Of a stretch of 35,730 bases of DNA, positions 8,363 to 17,150 are shown one piece after another. The notes under the pieces are model-generated. The model searched no databases. It saw nothing but the letters and a program-made list of their open reading frames with translations, and was not told where the DNA came from. Source of the DNA: a virus (Duplodnaviria > Caudoviricetes); IMG/VR virus record IMGVR_UViG_3300027253_000006, positions 1 to 35,730 of that record, one strand, 5' to 3'. The translations under genes were made by a program, and so were the position numbers. Every line of letters begins with the position of its first letter. Position 1 is the first letter of the stretch.

Positions 8363-8526
8363 TGTCACATACATTGGAGGAACTCAAGGAAGCAGTAGCA
8401 AGGGACTATGATGTGGTACTGGTTGTTGAAGCATTAGATATCTCAGTTGAGGACTTGCTAGAGGCTTTCGAGGATAGATTAATTAGGAACAGAGACTTAT
8501 TTACGGAGGATGATTATGAGCATTGA
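8362..8526 (+). CDS. Small acidic protein, 54 aa (MSHTLEELKE...LLEAFEDRL), not in the ORF track
   Basis: Manual translation, AAGGA RBS, TAATG coupling, fills the gap. Confidence 0.75.
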   Translation: MSHTLEELKEAVARDYDVVLVVEALDISVEDLLEAFEDRLIRNRDLFTEDDYEH

Positions 8527-8851
8527 TGATGCAACCCCTGCTGATTGGGACAGGCTGAGAGACAAACACCCTGCCCTAGTTAAGAAGTATGAAGACTATC
8601 TGGTAAACAACCCAGATGAACAGACAGAAGATATGGTTAACCACCCCAAGCACTACGCTTATGGTAGTATAGAATGTATCGAAGCTATTGAAGAGTCGAT
8701 GACAACAGAGGCATTCAAAGGTTATCTCAAGGGCAACACCATGAAGTACCTATGGCGATATGAACGCAAAGGTAAACACGTAGAAGACTTGGAAAAAGCC
8801 CAGTGGTATTTAGATAGGCTGACCAGTGTAGTGACTAAGGAGGTCAGGTAA
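8516..8851 (+). CDS. DUF3310 / T7 gp1.7-like nucleotide kinase family protein
   Basis: DMVNHPKHY, IECIEAI, GN..KYLWRY..K, EDLEKA.WYL; ATG 8516 follows GGAGG. Confidence 0.85.
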   Translation: MSIDDATPADWDRLRDKHPALVKKYEDYLVNNPDEQTEDMVNHPKHYAYGSIECIEAIEESMTTEAFKGYLKGNTMKYLWRYERKGKHVEDLEKAQWYLDRLTSVVTKEVR

Positions 8852-9015
8852 TGAAAGGACAGACACACGGAGGCAAAGGGTCAGGACAGCGACCCACCGA
8901 CTCCACTAAATACGCAGATAACTTTGATGCTATCTTTGGCAAACTTAATGTCAATGACCACTCAGATGAAGATATAGAAAAAGACAAACTAAAAGATAAG
9001 GAAGTTAAAAAATGA
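8851..9015 (+). CDS. Small protein, 54 aa (GGKGSGQRP...YADNFDAIF), not in the ORF track
   Basis: AAGGAGG RBS, TAATG and ATGA coupling. Confidence 0.75.
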   Translation: MKGQTHGGKGSGQRPTDSTKYADNFDAIFGKLNVNDHSDEDIEKDKLKDKEVKK

Positions 9016-10889
9016 ATCAGTACCAACAGTTTATACACAAGTCCCGCTACGCACGTTGGCTACCTGTCGAAGGTAGACGTGAGACATGGGCAGAGACAGT
9101 ACAGCGTTACGTAGACTTCTGGGATGGTCGTGGTCAGATAAGCAAAGCCGAAGGCAAGAAGTTATACAATGCTATATACAACCTAGAAGTAATGCCCAGT
9201 ATGCGCTGTATGATGACAGCGGGTGAGGCGTTAGATAAGGACAATGTAGCAGGGTTTAACTGTAGCTACCTACACATTGACTCACCGCGTAGCTTTGATG
9301 AGCTTATGTACGTACTTATGTGTGGTACAGGCGTAGGGTTCAGTGTTGAACGTAACTTCATTACCAAGCTACCAGTCATCGCTGAGTCATTCCATGAGAC
9401 TGACAGTACGATTGTAGTGGCTGACAGCAAGATTGGTTGGGCTAGTGCATTTCGTGAGTTAATCGCTATGCTGTACGCAGGTAAGATACCTAAGTGGGAC
9501 ATGAGTAAGGTACGCCCATCGGGTGCTAGGCTCAAGACCTTTGGTGGTCGTGCTAGTGGCGCAGAGCCTCTTGAGGATTTGTTTAACTTCTGCGTAGGTA
9601 TCTTCCAGAAGGCATCAGGACGTAAGCTAACGAGCATTGAGTGCCATGATGTTGTATGTAAGATTGCAGACATTGTAGTTGTCGGCGGTGTACGTAGGTC
9701 AGCATTGATTAGTTTGTCAAACCTATCAGACCCACGTATGGCTAAGGCTAAGTCTGGTCAGTGGTGGATGGATGAAGGGCAACGTAGACTGGCTAACAAC
9801 AGCGTAGCGTACACAGAAAAGCCAGACTTTGAGTCATTCCTTACTGAGATGCACACCATGTACGATAGTAAGGCAGGAGAGCGTGGTATCTTTAGTCGTG
9901 TGGCGGCACAGAAGATAGCCGCTAAGAACGGACGGAGAGACCCTGAGCAGGACTTTGGCACTAACCCTTGCTCTGAGATTATCCTACGCAGTAATCAGTT
10001 CTGTAACCTATCTGAGGTCGTTATACGTGCAGACGATGACCTTGTTAGTCTTAAAAAGAAAGTTGAAGTAGCTTCCATCATCGGAACTCTACAGGCTACC
10101 TTGACTGACTTCCGCTACCTACGCAATGTATGGAAGAGAAACACAGAAGAAGAAGCACTATTGGGTGTAAGTTTAACTGGGATATGTGACCATTACTTGT
10201 TGGGTAAAGATTCGCCTGACCTAGATAAGTGGTTGACGGAGATGAAAGATGTTGCAATCAAAACTAATAAAGAGTGGGCTGACAAACTTGGCATTGCTCA
10301 GTCTGCGGCTATTACTTGTGTTAAGCCAAGCGGTACTGTGTCTCAGCTTGTTGATTCTGCTAGTGGCATACATCCCCGTTTTTCTAAGCATTATATCCGT
10401 AGAGTTCGTTCAGACAAGAAAGACCCGCTTGCTCAGTACATGACAGCCGCAGGTTTCCCTGTAGAAGATGACGTAATGAGTAAGTCTTCACTGGTCTTTG
10501 GCTTCCCTATCAAGTCACCCGACAACAGTACTACAGTAAAGCAAGTCGGTGCAATGGAACAGCTAAGAGTCTGGAAGAAGTACCAAGATTACTGGTGTGA
10601 ACATAAGCCAAGTATCACTGTTTATTATACAGATAGTGAGTTCCTGCAAATAGCACAGTGGATATGGGATAACTTTGATAGTGTCAGTGGTATTAGTTTG
10701 TTGCCTGTTAGTGACCATGTTTATCAGCAAGCCCCTTATGAGGACATAACCGCTGAGAAGTATGAGGAGTTACTAGCGGCTATGCCAGTGGATATTAAAT
10801 GGGAAGACTTAGAACACTTCGAGAAGGAAGATAATACTACAGGTTCGCAAGAACTGGCGTGTGTCGGAGGCGCGTGTGAAATAGCATAG
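9012..10889 (+). CDS. nrdJ: Class II adenosylcobalamin-dependent ribonucleotide reductase (monomeric RTPR-like)
   Basis: GFNCSY, GTGVGF, GGVRRSA, TNPCSEI, FCNLSE, VKPSGTVS, C-terminal ACVGGACEI; no beta-subunit gene seen. Confidence 0.9.
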   Translation: MNQYQQFIHKSRYARWLPVEGRRETWAETVQRYVDFWDGRGQISKAEGKKLYNAIYNLEVMPSMRCMMTAGEALDKDNVAGFNCSYLHIDSPRSFDELMYVLMCGTGVGFSVERNFITKLPVIAESFHETDSTIVVADSKIGWASAFRELIAMLYAGKIPKWDMSKVRPSGARLKTFGGRASGAEPLEDLFNFCVGIFQKASGRKLTSIECHDVVCKIADIVVVGGVRRSALISLSNLSDPRMAKAKSGQWWMDEGQRRLANNSVAYTEKPDFESFLTEMHTMYDSKAGERGIFSRVAAQKIAAKNGRRDPEQDFGTNPCSEIILRSNQFCNLSEVVIRADDDLVSLKKKVEVASIIGTLQATLTDFRYLRNVWKRNTEEEALLGVSLTGICDHYLLGKDSPDLDKWLTEMKDVAIKTNKEWADKLGIAQSAAITCVKPSGTVSQLVDSASGIHPRFSKHYIRRVRSDKKDPLAQYMTAAGFPVEDDVMSKSSLVFGFPIKSPDNSTTVKQVGAMEQLRVWKKYQDYWCEHKPSITVYYTDSEFLQIAQWIWDNFDSVSGISLLPVSDHVYQQAPYEDITAEKYEELLAAMPVDIKWEDLEHFEKEDNTTGSQELACVGGACEIA

Positions 10890-10891
10890 GT

Positions 10892-10923
10892 AAAACTAAG
10901 GGGGCGCAATGCCCCCTTTTGTT
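10892..10923. terminator. Bidirectional rho-independent terminator between the two arms
   Basis: AAGGGGGC-GCAAT-GCCCCCTT, A-run on the left and T-run on the right, between convergent stops. Confidence 0.9.
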
Positions 10924-12715
10924 ATTCATCGTCTGATAATGCTGTTGCTAAACCTGCTGTCAGCATACCTCCCGTTCCTACTGTCATGCCTAAATTCTTA
11001 AGTGCTTTTGCTTTATCTTCTTTAGATACGATGACGTTCGATTCCAAGATTGCTCTACGTACAAACTGTCTTTCTGTCTCTCCCTTCTTACGAGACACGC
11101 CTGTCATTTGCTCTACATTAGACACAGCATCTCTGGTTTTCTGTTTAGAACCTTTAGCCGCAGTTGTGTCGGCTAATCCTGCTCTCTTACCAAACTTACC
11201 TGCCGCGTAATCTAAAGATACTATAGGCTGTACTGTTATCATGTTCTCGCCCTGAATAGGGTTAAGACCGCCTATGTCGTGTTTGTCGGAAATACCTACA
11301 TACGCTCTCTGTGTTTTAGGGTCAACAGATATGAATGCGTTAGCACCTCCCAGTTCTTTTTGAGATGATTTAAAGAATTGTTGTAGCGTTAAGAAGTCAC
11401 CATCTTTGACATCTCCAATCATGTCTAAAGAATCGTTACTTAGTAGATTACCTGCATCGTCTCTAACAGCCGCAAGTCTTTGACCTGTGTTTTTATTTAC
11501 AGGCATTTTATTAAAAGACTCTAACGCTCGTTTTTCTTTCTTACCTAAAGTACCGCCTCTGGCTACTTTGTTTCTTGCTCTTGCTAGAGAAGCTACGGCA
11601 CTTGTTACATTCTCAAAACCATTCTTTTTAAAATACTTGTTAAACGCTATTGGGTCTAAAGCACCAGATATTTGTAAAAACTCTACAGTTTGTTTTGGTG
11701 TCAAAGCCTCTTGACCCAGTTCTGCTAAGTATGCTTTCCTAGCGTTGCCTTGTAGTGCTTTAACAGCCGTAGGTGCTACAGACTTCTGCCCTGCCGCCTC
11801 AGCTTGTCCTGCACCGCCGCCTGCTCTTGGGTTTTTAACATTTACCAACCCTTTGCCGTCTACTTGCGCCTGAGCGTGTCTAGCGAACCTTAGAGCCGTT
11901 TTCTCAGGTACTTGATGTTTAGTCTTGCCATGTACAAACTGAGTAGAAACTGCGCCAGAAAGGCTTTTAGTGTCAGACACATCCATGTTTGTAGCTAAAT
12001 ATGTTTTAGAGGTTAGAGGAGATAACAGCGTAGGTGACTTTCCTTTAGATATTTGACTAGCCATTAACTCAGCAGTCTCGCTTGCTCCTTCAGCACCTGC
12101 GGCAATTTCTCTAGCCTTTACAGCAGGAAAACCTGTTGTTCTTTCAAAAGCTATGTCTTTGGGGTTCATCTTACTTTTAAGAGTAGCACCTAAAGCACTC
12201 AAACCCTCACCCGCTGTAGACACACCTGTCATCATTGGCGTGTAGTAAGGCAAGCCCGCGCCTTTAGTCTTACCACTGCTGTGGGGTATTTCTTTAGGTT
12301 TTATGCCCATTTTGCTTTGAACAGCAGGCATCTTATCTAAAGCATCACCGATGAACCCACCGCGTACATTGGTAGGCATATTCATAGCTACATCGTTTAT
12401 AAACTTATTTACACCTGTAGCTTGACCTAGTTTAGATAAACCTTTCGTTATAGGACGTATAGCCGCCCCTGCAAAAGGAATAGCCCCTGCCGCAGACAAC
12501 ATACCCATGCCAGTCCTGCCCTGCTCAAAGTAGTCTTTAGCCTCTTTAGCCGCTATAATTTCACCACTGACAGGAAGAAAACTGGCTACGTTATATGCGG
12601 CATCTAGTTGTTTCTGTCGTTCTTCTTCGGGGGTCAATTGTACTCTCGGACCACCTCTAGTTCTTTCCCTAGCAAGTCTGTCATAAGGGCTTTTAGTATC
12701 TAAAGCATCACTCAT
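10922..12715 (-). CDS. Putative internal virion/ejection protein with a pre-toxin-like N-terminal segment
   Basis: Last gene of the structural arm; hydrophobic FLPVSGEII...GAIPFAG segment; hydrophobic Gly-rich C-terminus. Confidence 0.55.
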   Translation of the reverse strand: MSDALDTKSPYDRLARERTRGGPRVQLTPEEERQKQLDAAYNVASFLPVSGEIIAAKEAKDYFEQGRTGMGMLSAAGAIPFAGAAIRPITKGLSKLGQATGVNKFINDVAMNMPTNVRGGFIGDALDKMPAVQSKMGIKPKEIPHSSGKTKGAGLPYYTPMMTGVSTAGEGLSALGATLKSKMNPKDIAFERTTGFPAVKAREIAAGAEGASETAELMASQISKGKSPTLLSPLTSKTYLATNMDVSDTKSLSGAVSTQFVHGKTKHQVPEKTALRFARHAQAQVDGKGLVNVKNPRAGGGAGQAEAAGQKSVAPTAVKALQGNARKAYLAELGQEALTPKQTVEFLQISGALDPIAFNKYFKKNGFENVTSAVASLARARNKVARGGTLGKKEKRALESFNKMPVNKNTGQRLAAVRDDAGNLLSNDSLDMIGDVKDGDFLTLQQFFKSSQKELGGANAFISVDPKTQRAYVGISDKHDIGGLNPIQGENMITVQPIVSLDYAAGKFGKRAGLADTTAAKGSKQKTRDAVSNVEQMTGVSRKKGETERQFVRRAILESNVIVSKEDKAKALKNLGMTVGTGGMLTAGLATALSDDE

Positions 12716-14378
12716 CTTCGTCTGCTCCTTCAGGTGCTGTAGGTAGTTTCATTGCCTCCACAAGAACAACACGGTCAGCCTGTATAGCCTTACGCATCTC
12801 TTTGCTTAGTTTACTACTTAACACTTTATCAGTTTCTCTTAATAAAGCCGAAAGAACCTTTCTGTTTGAAGGGCTAATAGACCCTCTATATATCATATAT
12901 CCTACTGTCCCTGCTGTTGTTCCTATTGTTAAAGAAGGAAGCAAACCCGCGAATCCTGCACCACCAAGAATAGACGCACCTAAACCAACAGTAGCTACTT
13001 TACCTAACAAAGTTTTAGGAGGTGTAGTCCCTGTTGCTATGTAAAAGTTATCAACTAAACGACCTATCTTTGTGTCAGCCTCTTGTGCGGCTTTAGGTAG
13101 TATTCTGTCATTAGCACGTAGTAACAAGTGTTGTTTACGTAGTTTATCTAACACAGCAGTCTCAGGTACAGAATCGGCTACTTTTTCGTTTAGGAAGTCA
13201 CGTACAGCGCGTTGTGCTACTGTATATGCGTTCTCGTTGCCATCAAAGCTACCTTTGCCTTGTTGTTTAGCCCACTTGTCTAAGTCTCTACGTACTTGCA
13301 TAAGCTGTGCAGGAGAACCGTCAGACTTGGCTAATAGTTGTTGTGCTTTGTTGAATATCTTTTTAGCTACTGCCGAGGCATCACCAACAAGCACGGGGTT
13401 AGTTTCCTGTAGGTCGTCTACAATCCCTTCTAACTCAGTATTTAATTCTTTCTTATTTAACTTGACTTTAGATTTACCTAGCTGTTTGACCAAAGAGTTG
13501 TGGACTTTGTTTATCTCGGTGTCCAGTATAACTCTGTTACCTACCAAACTATTATCAGCACTGACAGGTACACGTTTTAATACGTTTACCATTTCTTTTT
13601 CTTCATCAGTAGGGTTGTAAACATTACGACCTTTAGCGTTTTGAGTCATGCGTTTAGCACGGGCTTCGTCATTAGCTTTAGTAGATACAGGCGTAATTAA
13701 ACTCTGTAAGTAATCTTTACGCTGTCCAGTCTCTAACTCTCTAGCTCTGTCAAGCTGTTTGTCAGCCTGTGTGCGGAACATAGTTTTATCTGGAATAGGC
13801 TTACGCTTAAACGGAGGAGCAAATATTTCAGCTACGTTGACAATACTTTCTACACCCATAGCATCATTAGGGTTTTCTGACTTCCACTGTAGATAGGACT
13901 GGTAGCCTTCGCCAATTGCTTCTAGCGCATTCTGGACAGTAGGTATTTCACCTAGCTTTTTAACTGTGTCAGTAACACCGTCAACAACTTTCTTTTCTAC
14001 ACTGTCAGGTATAAACTTGCTAACCTCTCTAGCCGAAAGGCTTATACCTGTCCCTACCAAATCAAGACCAGTACCTAGTCCACCTCTACCGCTTAACGCG
14101 CCATAAATACCACGTTCTCTATTGGACAACGTACCTGCTTCTTCCTTTTGTTTTAACTCTTCTAAAAACACAGGTAAGTCATCTACTGTTTTACCTGCGT
14201 CCGCTAGTACTTTTCTGTAAGACTCTTTGGAAACAAACTCTTCAGGCTGATAGCCTTGAGACTTGTCAAACTCGTCAAGCATTTCTGTAAGCCTATCAAC
14301 CGCTAACCCATCTTGTTTGCTGTCAGCTAAGTCTAAAGCGTACAACAACTCGTCTCTTGTATATTCTTCAGTTTGCAT
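12708..14378 (-). CDS. Putative internal virion/ejection protein
   Basis: Helical 556-aa protein with a C-terminal Gly-rich hydrophobic hairpin; podovirus synteny. Confidence 0.6.
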   Translation of the reverse strand: MQTEEYTRDELLYALDLADSKQDGLAVDRLTEMLDEFDKSQGYQPEEFVSKESYRKVLADAGKTVDDLPVFLEELKQKEEAGTLSNRERGIYGALSGRGGLGTGLDLVGTGISLSAREVSKFIPDSVEKKVVDGVTDTVKKLGEIPTVQNALEAIGEGYQSYLQWKSENPNDAMGVESIVNVAEIFAPPFKRKPIPDKTMFRTQADKQLDRARELETGQRKDYLQSLITPVSTKANDEARAKRMTQNAKGRNVYNPTDEEKEMVNVLKRVPVSADNSLVGNRVILDTEINKVHNSLVKQLGKSKVKLNKKELNTELEGIVDDLQETNPVLVGDASAVAKKIFNKAQQLLAKSDGSPAQLMQVRRDLDKWAKQQGKGSFDGNENAYTVAQRAVRDFLNEKVADSVPETAVLDKLRKQHLLLRANDRILPKAAQEADTKIGRLVDNFYIATGTTPPKTLLGKVATVGLGASILGGAGFAGLLPSLTIGTTAGTVGYMIYRGSISPSNRKVLSALLRETDKVLSSKLSKEMRKAIQADRVVLVEAMKLPTAPEGADEDE

Positions 14379-14386
14379 TATAAACC

Positions 14387-15796
14387 CTACCTAAGTAATG
14401 GACTTTGTTTTGCATTATTTATTAAACTTGCGTTTGGGTCTTGTACTATACTTTGCATACGCGGTGGATTTTGAGTACGTTGTCTAGCCTCTTGCAAATA
14501 CTTATTTGTCAAATCTGATGGTTCATATTTTTGAGAAGAAGGTGGCGGTAAAGGCACAAAGAACGTATCCAATAGAGCAGAGTCTTCGTCTGCGCCAACA
14601 TACTGCTTCATTACTTCTAAACGTGAGTTACTTGTAGCAATAGCATTCCTAGCGGCTTGTTCTTCAATACGCATAATACGTGCTAAAGTTTCTTTATTAA
14701 GCGTAATTTGCTGACCTGCTACTTCCTTCATAAACTGAACATCTTTATCCGAAATACCAGTACCCGCACCAACATCTCCTGAGCCTAACAACGCAAGGAC
14801 TTGCTTGCCTCGTTCAGCCATAAATGTTTGAGTAGCTACTAACGTATCTTCAACACCCTGAGGTACAATACCTAACTGTACACCAATACTAGCCATACCT
14901 GATAAGAAATTAGCCCCTGCTCCAGTAATAATACCCTCCTCCATCAATGAACGAGAGTTAGCATTAATTTCTAATACTTTTTGCGCTCCAAGTGCTTTTT
15001 CATTAGCAACAAAAAAGTTATCTGTAGCCTTGTCTCTTAGCTTACTAGATATTCTATCAGCATCAGTAATTGTTCTAGTCAGCTGTGCGGCTTGTGTCAG
15101 ACCTAACTCAGAAGGCATAACCCACTTTTCTGTGTCTTTGTTATATACTTTACCTGACTCATTTACACGGAATGGTTTTGCTTGACCGCTAGAATCTGTA
15201 TATACTTTAAGTTGTGCTTTTTCACCTGAGAGTACTTTAAGAAAATCTTCACTGCTTAAGGAATCATATTCACCTTGCCCTATAGCTTTAAGCACAGACG
15301 CTCCTACGTTACGGCTATTAGCTATTGCTACTTTACCCTTACGCCCTTGTTTTTTAAGTATATTAGCCTCTTGTGCTTTTCTTATATCTTCAGCACCTTT
15401 ATCCAAACTACCACCGTCTGTCAAAAGAGTAGAAGTTTCCTGCAAACCTAAACTATTTGACTGAGCAATCATGTTTTCTCGTCTTTGGTCATTAGCTTGT
15501 TTTACTTTATTTTCCTTTAACTGACCAAGAAGTTGAGCCGCCACAGAGCTTTCACCACTAGCCTGAAGTCTGCCTATTAAATCTTTCTGAGCTTCAGGTG
15601 ATGCGCTATCAAAGTTTTTAATACTGTCCGCTAGTCTTTGTTCGTTGCTACGGGAATCCCCTGTAAAAACACCCTTACCGTACCTGCCCATTAGACCGCC
15701 CATTTTACCAGCACTGCGTGTCATTACGTCAGCAAAGCTACCGCCACCACTGCTAGGTATTCCTGTCAATAATCCTGCTATATCTCTTCTAGCCAT
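14387..15796 (-). CDS. Putative internal virion/ejection protein
   Basis: Helical; G.GTGISDKD motif recalls podovirus DNA-transfer proteins; synteny. Confidence 0.6.
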   Translation of the reverse strand: MARRDIAGLLTGIPSSGGGSFADVMTRSAGKMGGLMGRYGKGVFTGDSRSNEQRLADSIKNFDSASPEAQKDLIGRLQASGESSVAAQLLGQLKENKVKQANDQRRENMIAQSNSLGLQETSTLLTDGGSLDKGAEDIRKAQEANILKKQGRKGKVAIANSRNVGASVLKAIGQGEYDSLSSEDFLKVLSGEKAQLKVYTDSSGQAKPFRVNESGKVYNKDTEKWVMPSELGLTQAAQLTRTITDADRISSKLRDKATDNFFVANEKALGAQKVLEINANSRSLMEEGIITGAGANFLSGMASIGVQLGIVPQGVEDTLVATQTFMAERGKQVLALLGSGDVGAGTGISDKDVQFMKEVAGQQITLNKETLARIMRIEEQAARNAIATSNSRLEVMKQYVGADEDSALLDTFFVPLPPPSSQKYEPSDLTNKYLQEARQRTQNPPRMQSIVQDPNASLINNAKQSPLLR

Positions 15797-15830
15797 TTTT
15801 ATTAATCCTTCTTATCGGTATTTTTGTTAA

Positions 15831-17150
15831 CTAAAAAGCATCTATCACAGAGCCTATAATTCCACCGCCGCCTGCTGAACCATCACCTACAATTGCATCA
15901 AACAAACCTTCTATACGGGCTTGGTCCATCATTGCGGCTACTTGCTCTGCTTGTATCTTGCTTTGTAGACCAACTTGACCTAACTGACCTTCGAACTCTG
16001 CACCTGCTGTTTGTCCTGTTAGGGCTAACTTGCCGCCTTCTAAGCCATAACCTAAAGCCGCTAGTGATTGTTGTTCTGGAGTATAACCTATACCCATTAA
16101 GCCTGTAGCCATAGCTAAGTCTTGTTGTTGTGGTAAGAAACTTGCTCCTTGTAGGGCTTGTGCTCTTCCTAAGTCTGCTTGTTCCTGAGTCATACCCGCA
16201 CCAAAGCGTGCCTGTGCTTTAGATAATTCCATTTGCTGTGGAGTATAACCTGCTCCTAGTAATCCAGAGGCTTCAGCTAATTCCTGCGCTCGCATACCTG
16301 ACGCTTGACCTAAGAAACCTAGACCCTGACCGTAGGCTTGTTGTTGTTCCTGCATAGCCTGTGACCTAGCCCCTAAGTTTGCTCTAGCCATTGCCTCTTG
16401 TCTAGCAGTCTCTTGCGCTAGTAACTCTGGAGAAGAACCACCATATGCCGCTGACCTAATACCACCGCGACCTTGAGCCAACATACGCTCTTCTAAGGCT
16501 AAAGACTGACGTTCTTCTTCAGGACGTTGGGCGGCTCTCATCTGATTATAAATCTCAGCCTGTGCTACACTAGGGTCTACACCTGCTCTACTAAAGGCAG
16601 TATCAGCACGAGATAACAATGCTTGCTGTCTAGGGTCAGTACCTATGTTTGCAAAACCACGACTAGCTTGAGCAAGCAACGCCTGTTGCATAGGGTCTTG
16701 ACCGATACCCTGATAATCTGCAACGCCTAAACCCGTTAATGCGCTTGGTCCTAATCCTTGATATGCTTGTAGAGCCTGACTAGCCAACATTGTAGACATA
16801 GGGTCTTGACCAATAGCAGACAGGTAATTCTGTGCTCCTGTTAGTCCTCCCGTCTGTAAAGCCTGAGCTTGAGGACTGAGAGAAGTAGTAAAACCGCCTT
16901 CATCCGTTGCTTTAGTAGTCCCTGTGCCAGTAGTTACAGTAAACGGTTGAAACTCCGTATCTGATGCTAGCTGAGAACCTAAAAGTTCTGCATCTGTTTG
17001 TGCTGTTGTCCCCATGCTTCTTACATCTGCAATAGAGCTATCAAAAGCTTTACTAACTCCATAAGCCGCCGCCGCGTTTACTCCTGCATCGAGGAGACCG
17101 CCAAGACCTCCTAAAGCTGATGTCGCTGCATTTTTTGTTGCGTCACTCAT
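15831..17150 (-). CDS. Putative DNA-transfer/pilot (ejection) protein
   Basis: Ala/Gly/Gln-rich; follows the tail genes. Confidence 0.6.
   Translation of the reverse strand: MSDATKNAATSALGGLGGLLDAGVNAAAAYGVSKAFDSSIADVRSMGTTAQTDAELLGSQLASDTEFQPFTVTTGTGTTKATDEGGFTTSLSPQAQALQTGGLTGAQNYLSAIGQDPMSTMLASQALQAYQGLGPSALTGLGVADYQGIGQDPMQQALLAQASRGFANIGTDPRQQALLSRADTAFSRAGVDPSVAQAEIYNQMRAAQRPEEERQSLALEERMLAQGRGGIRSAAYGGSSPELLAQETARQEAMARANLGARSQAMQEQQQAYGQGLGFLGQASGMRAQELAEASGLLGAGYTPQQMELSKAQARFGAGMTQEQADLGRAQALQGASFLPQQQDLAMATGLMGIGYTPEQQSLAALGYGLEGGKLALTGQTAGAEFEGQLGQVGLQSKIQAEQVAAMMDQARIEGLFDAIVGDGSAGGGGIIGSVIDAF

Noticed and set aside
11230-11400. Colicin M-like lipid II hydrolase motif in the last ejection protein
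   Set aside because: Only a loose LG...DKHD resemblance; the downstream colicin M residues are not evident
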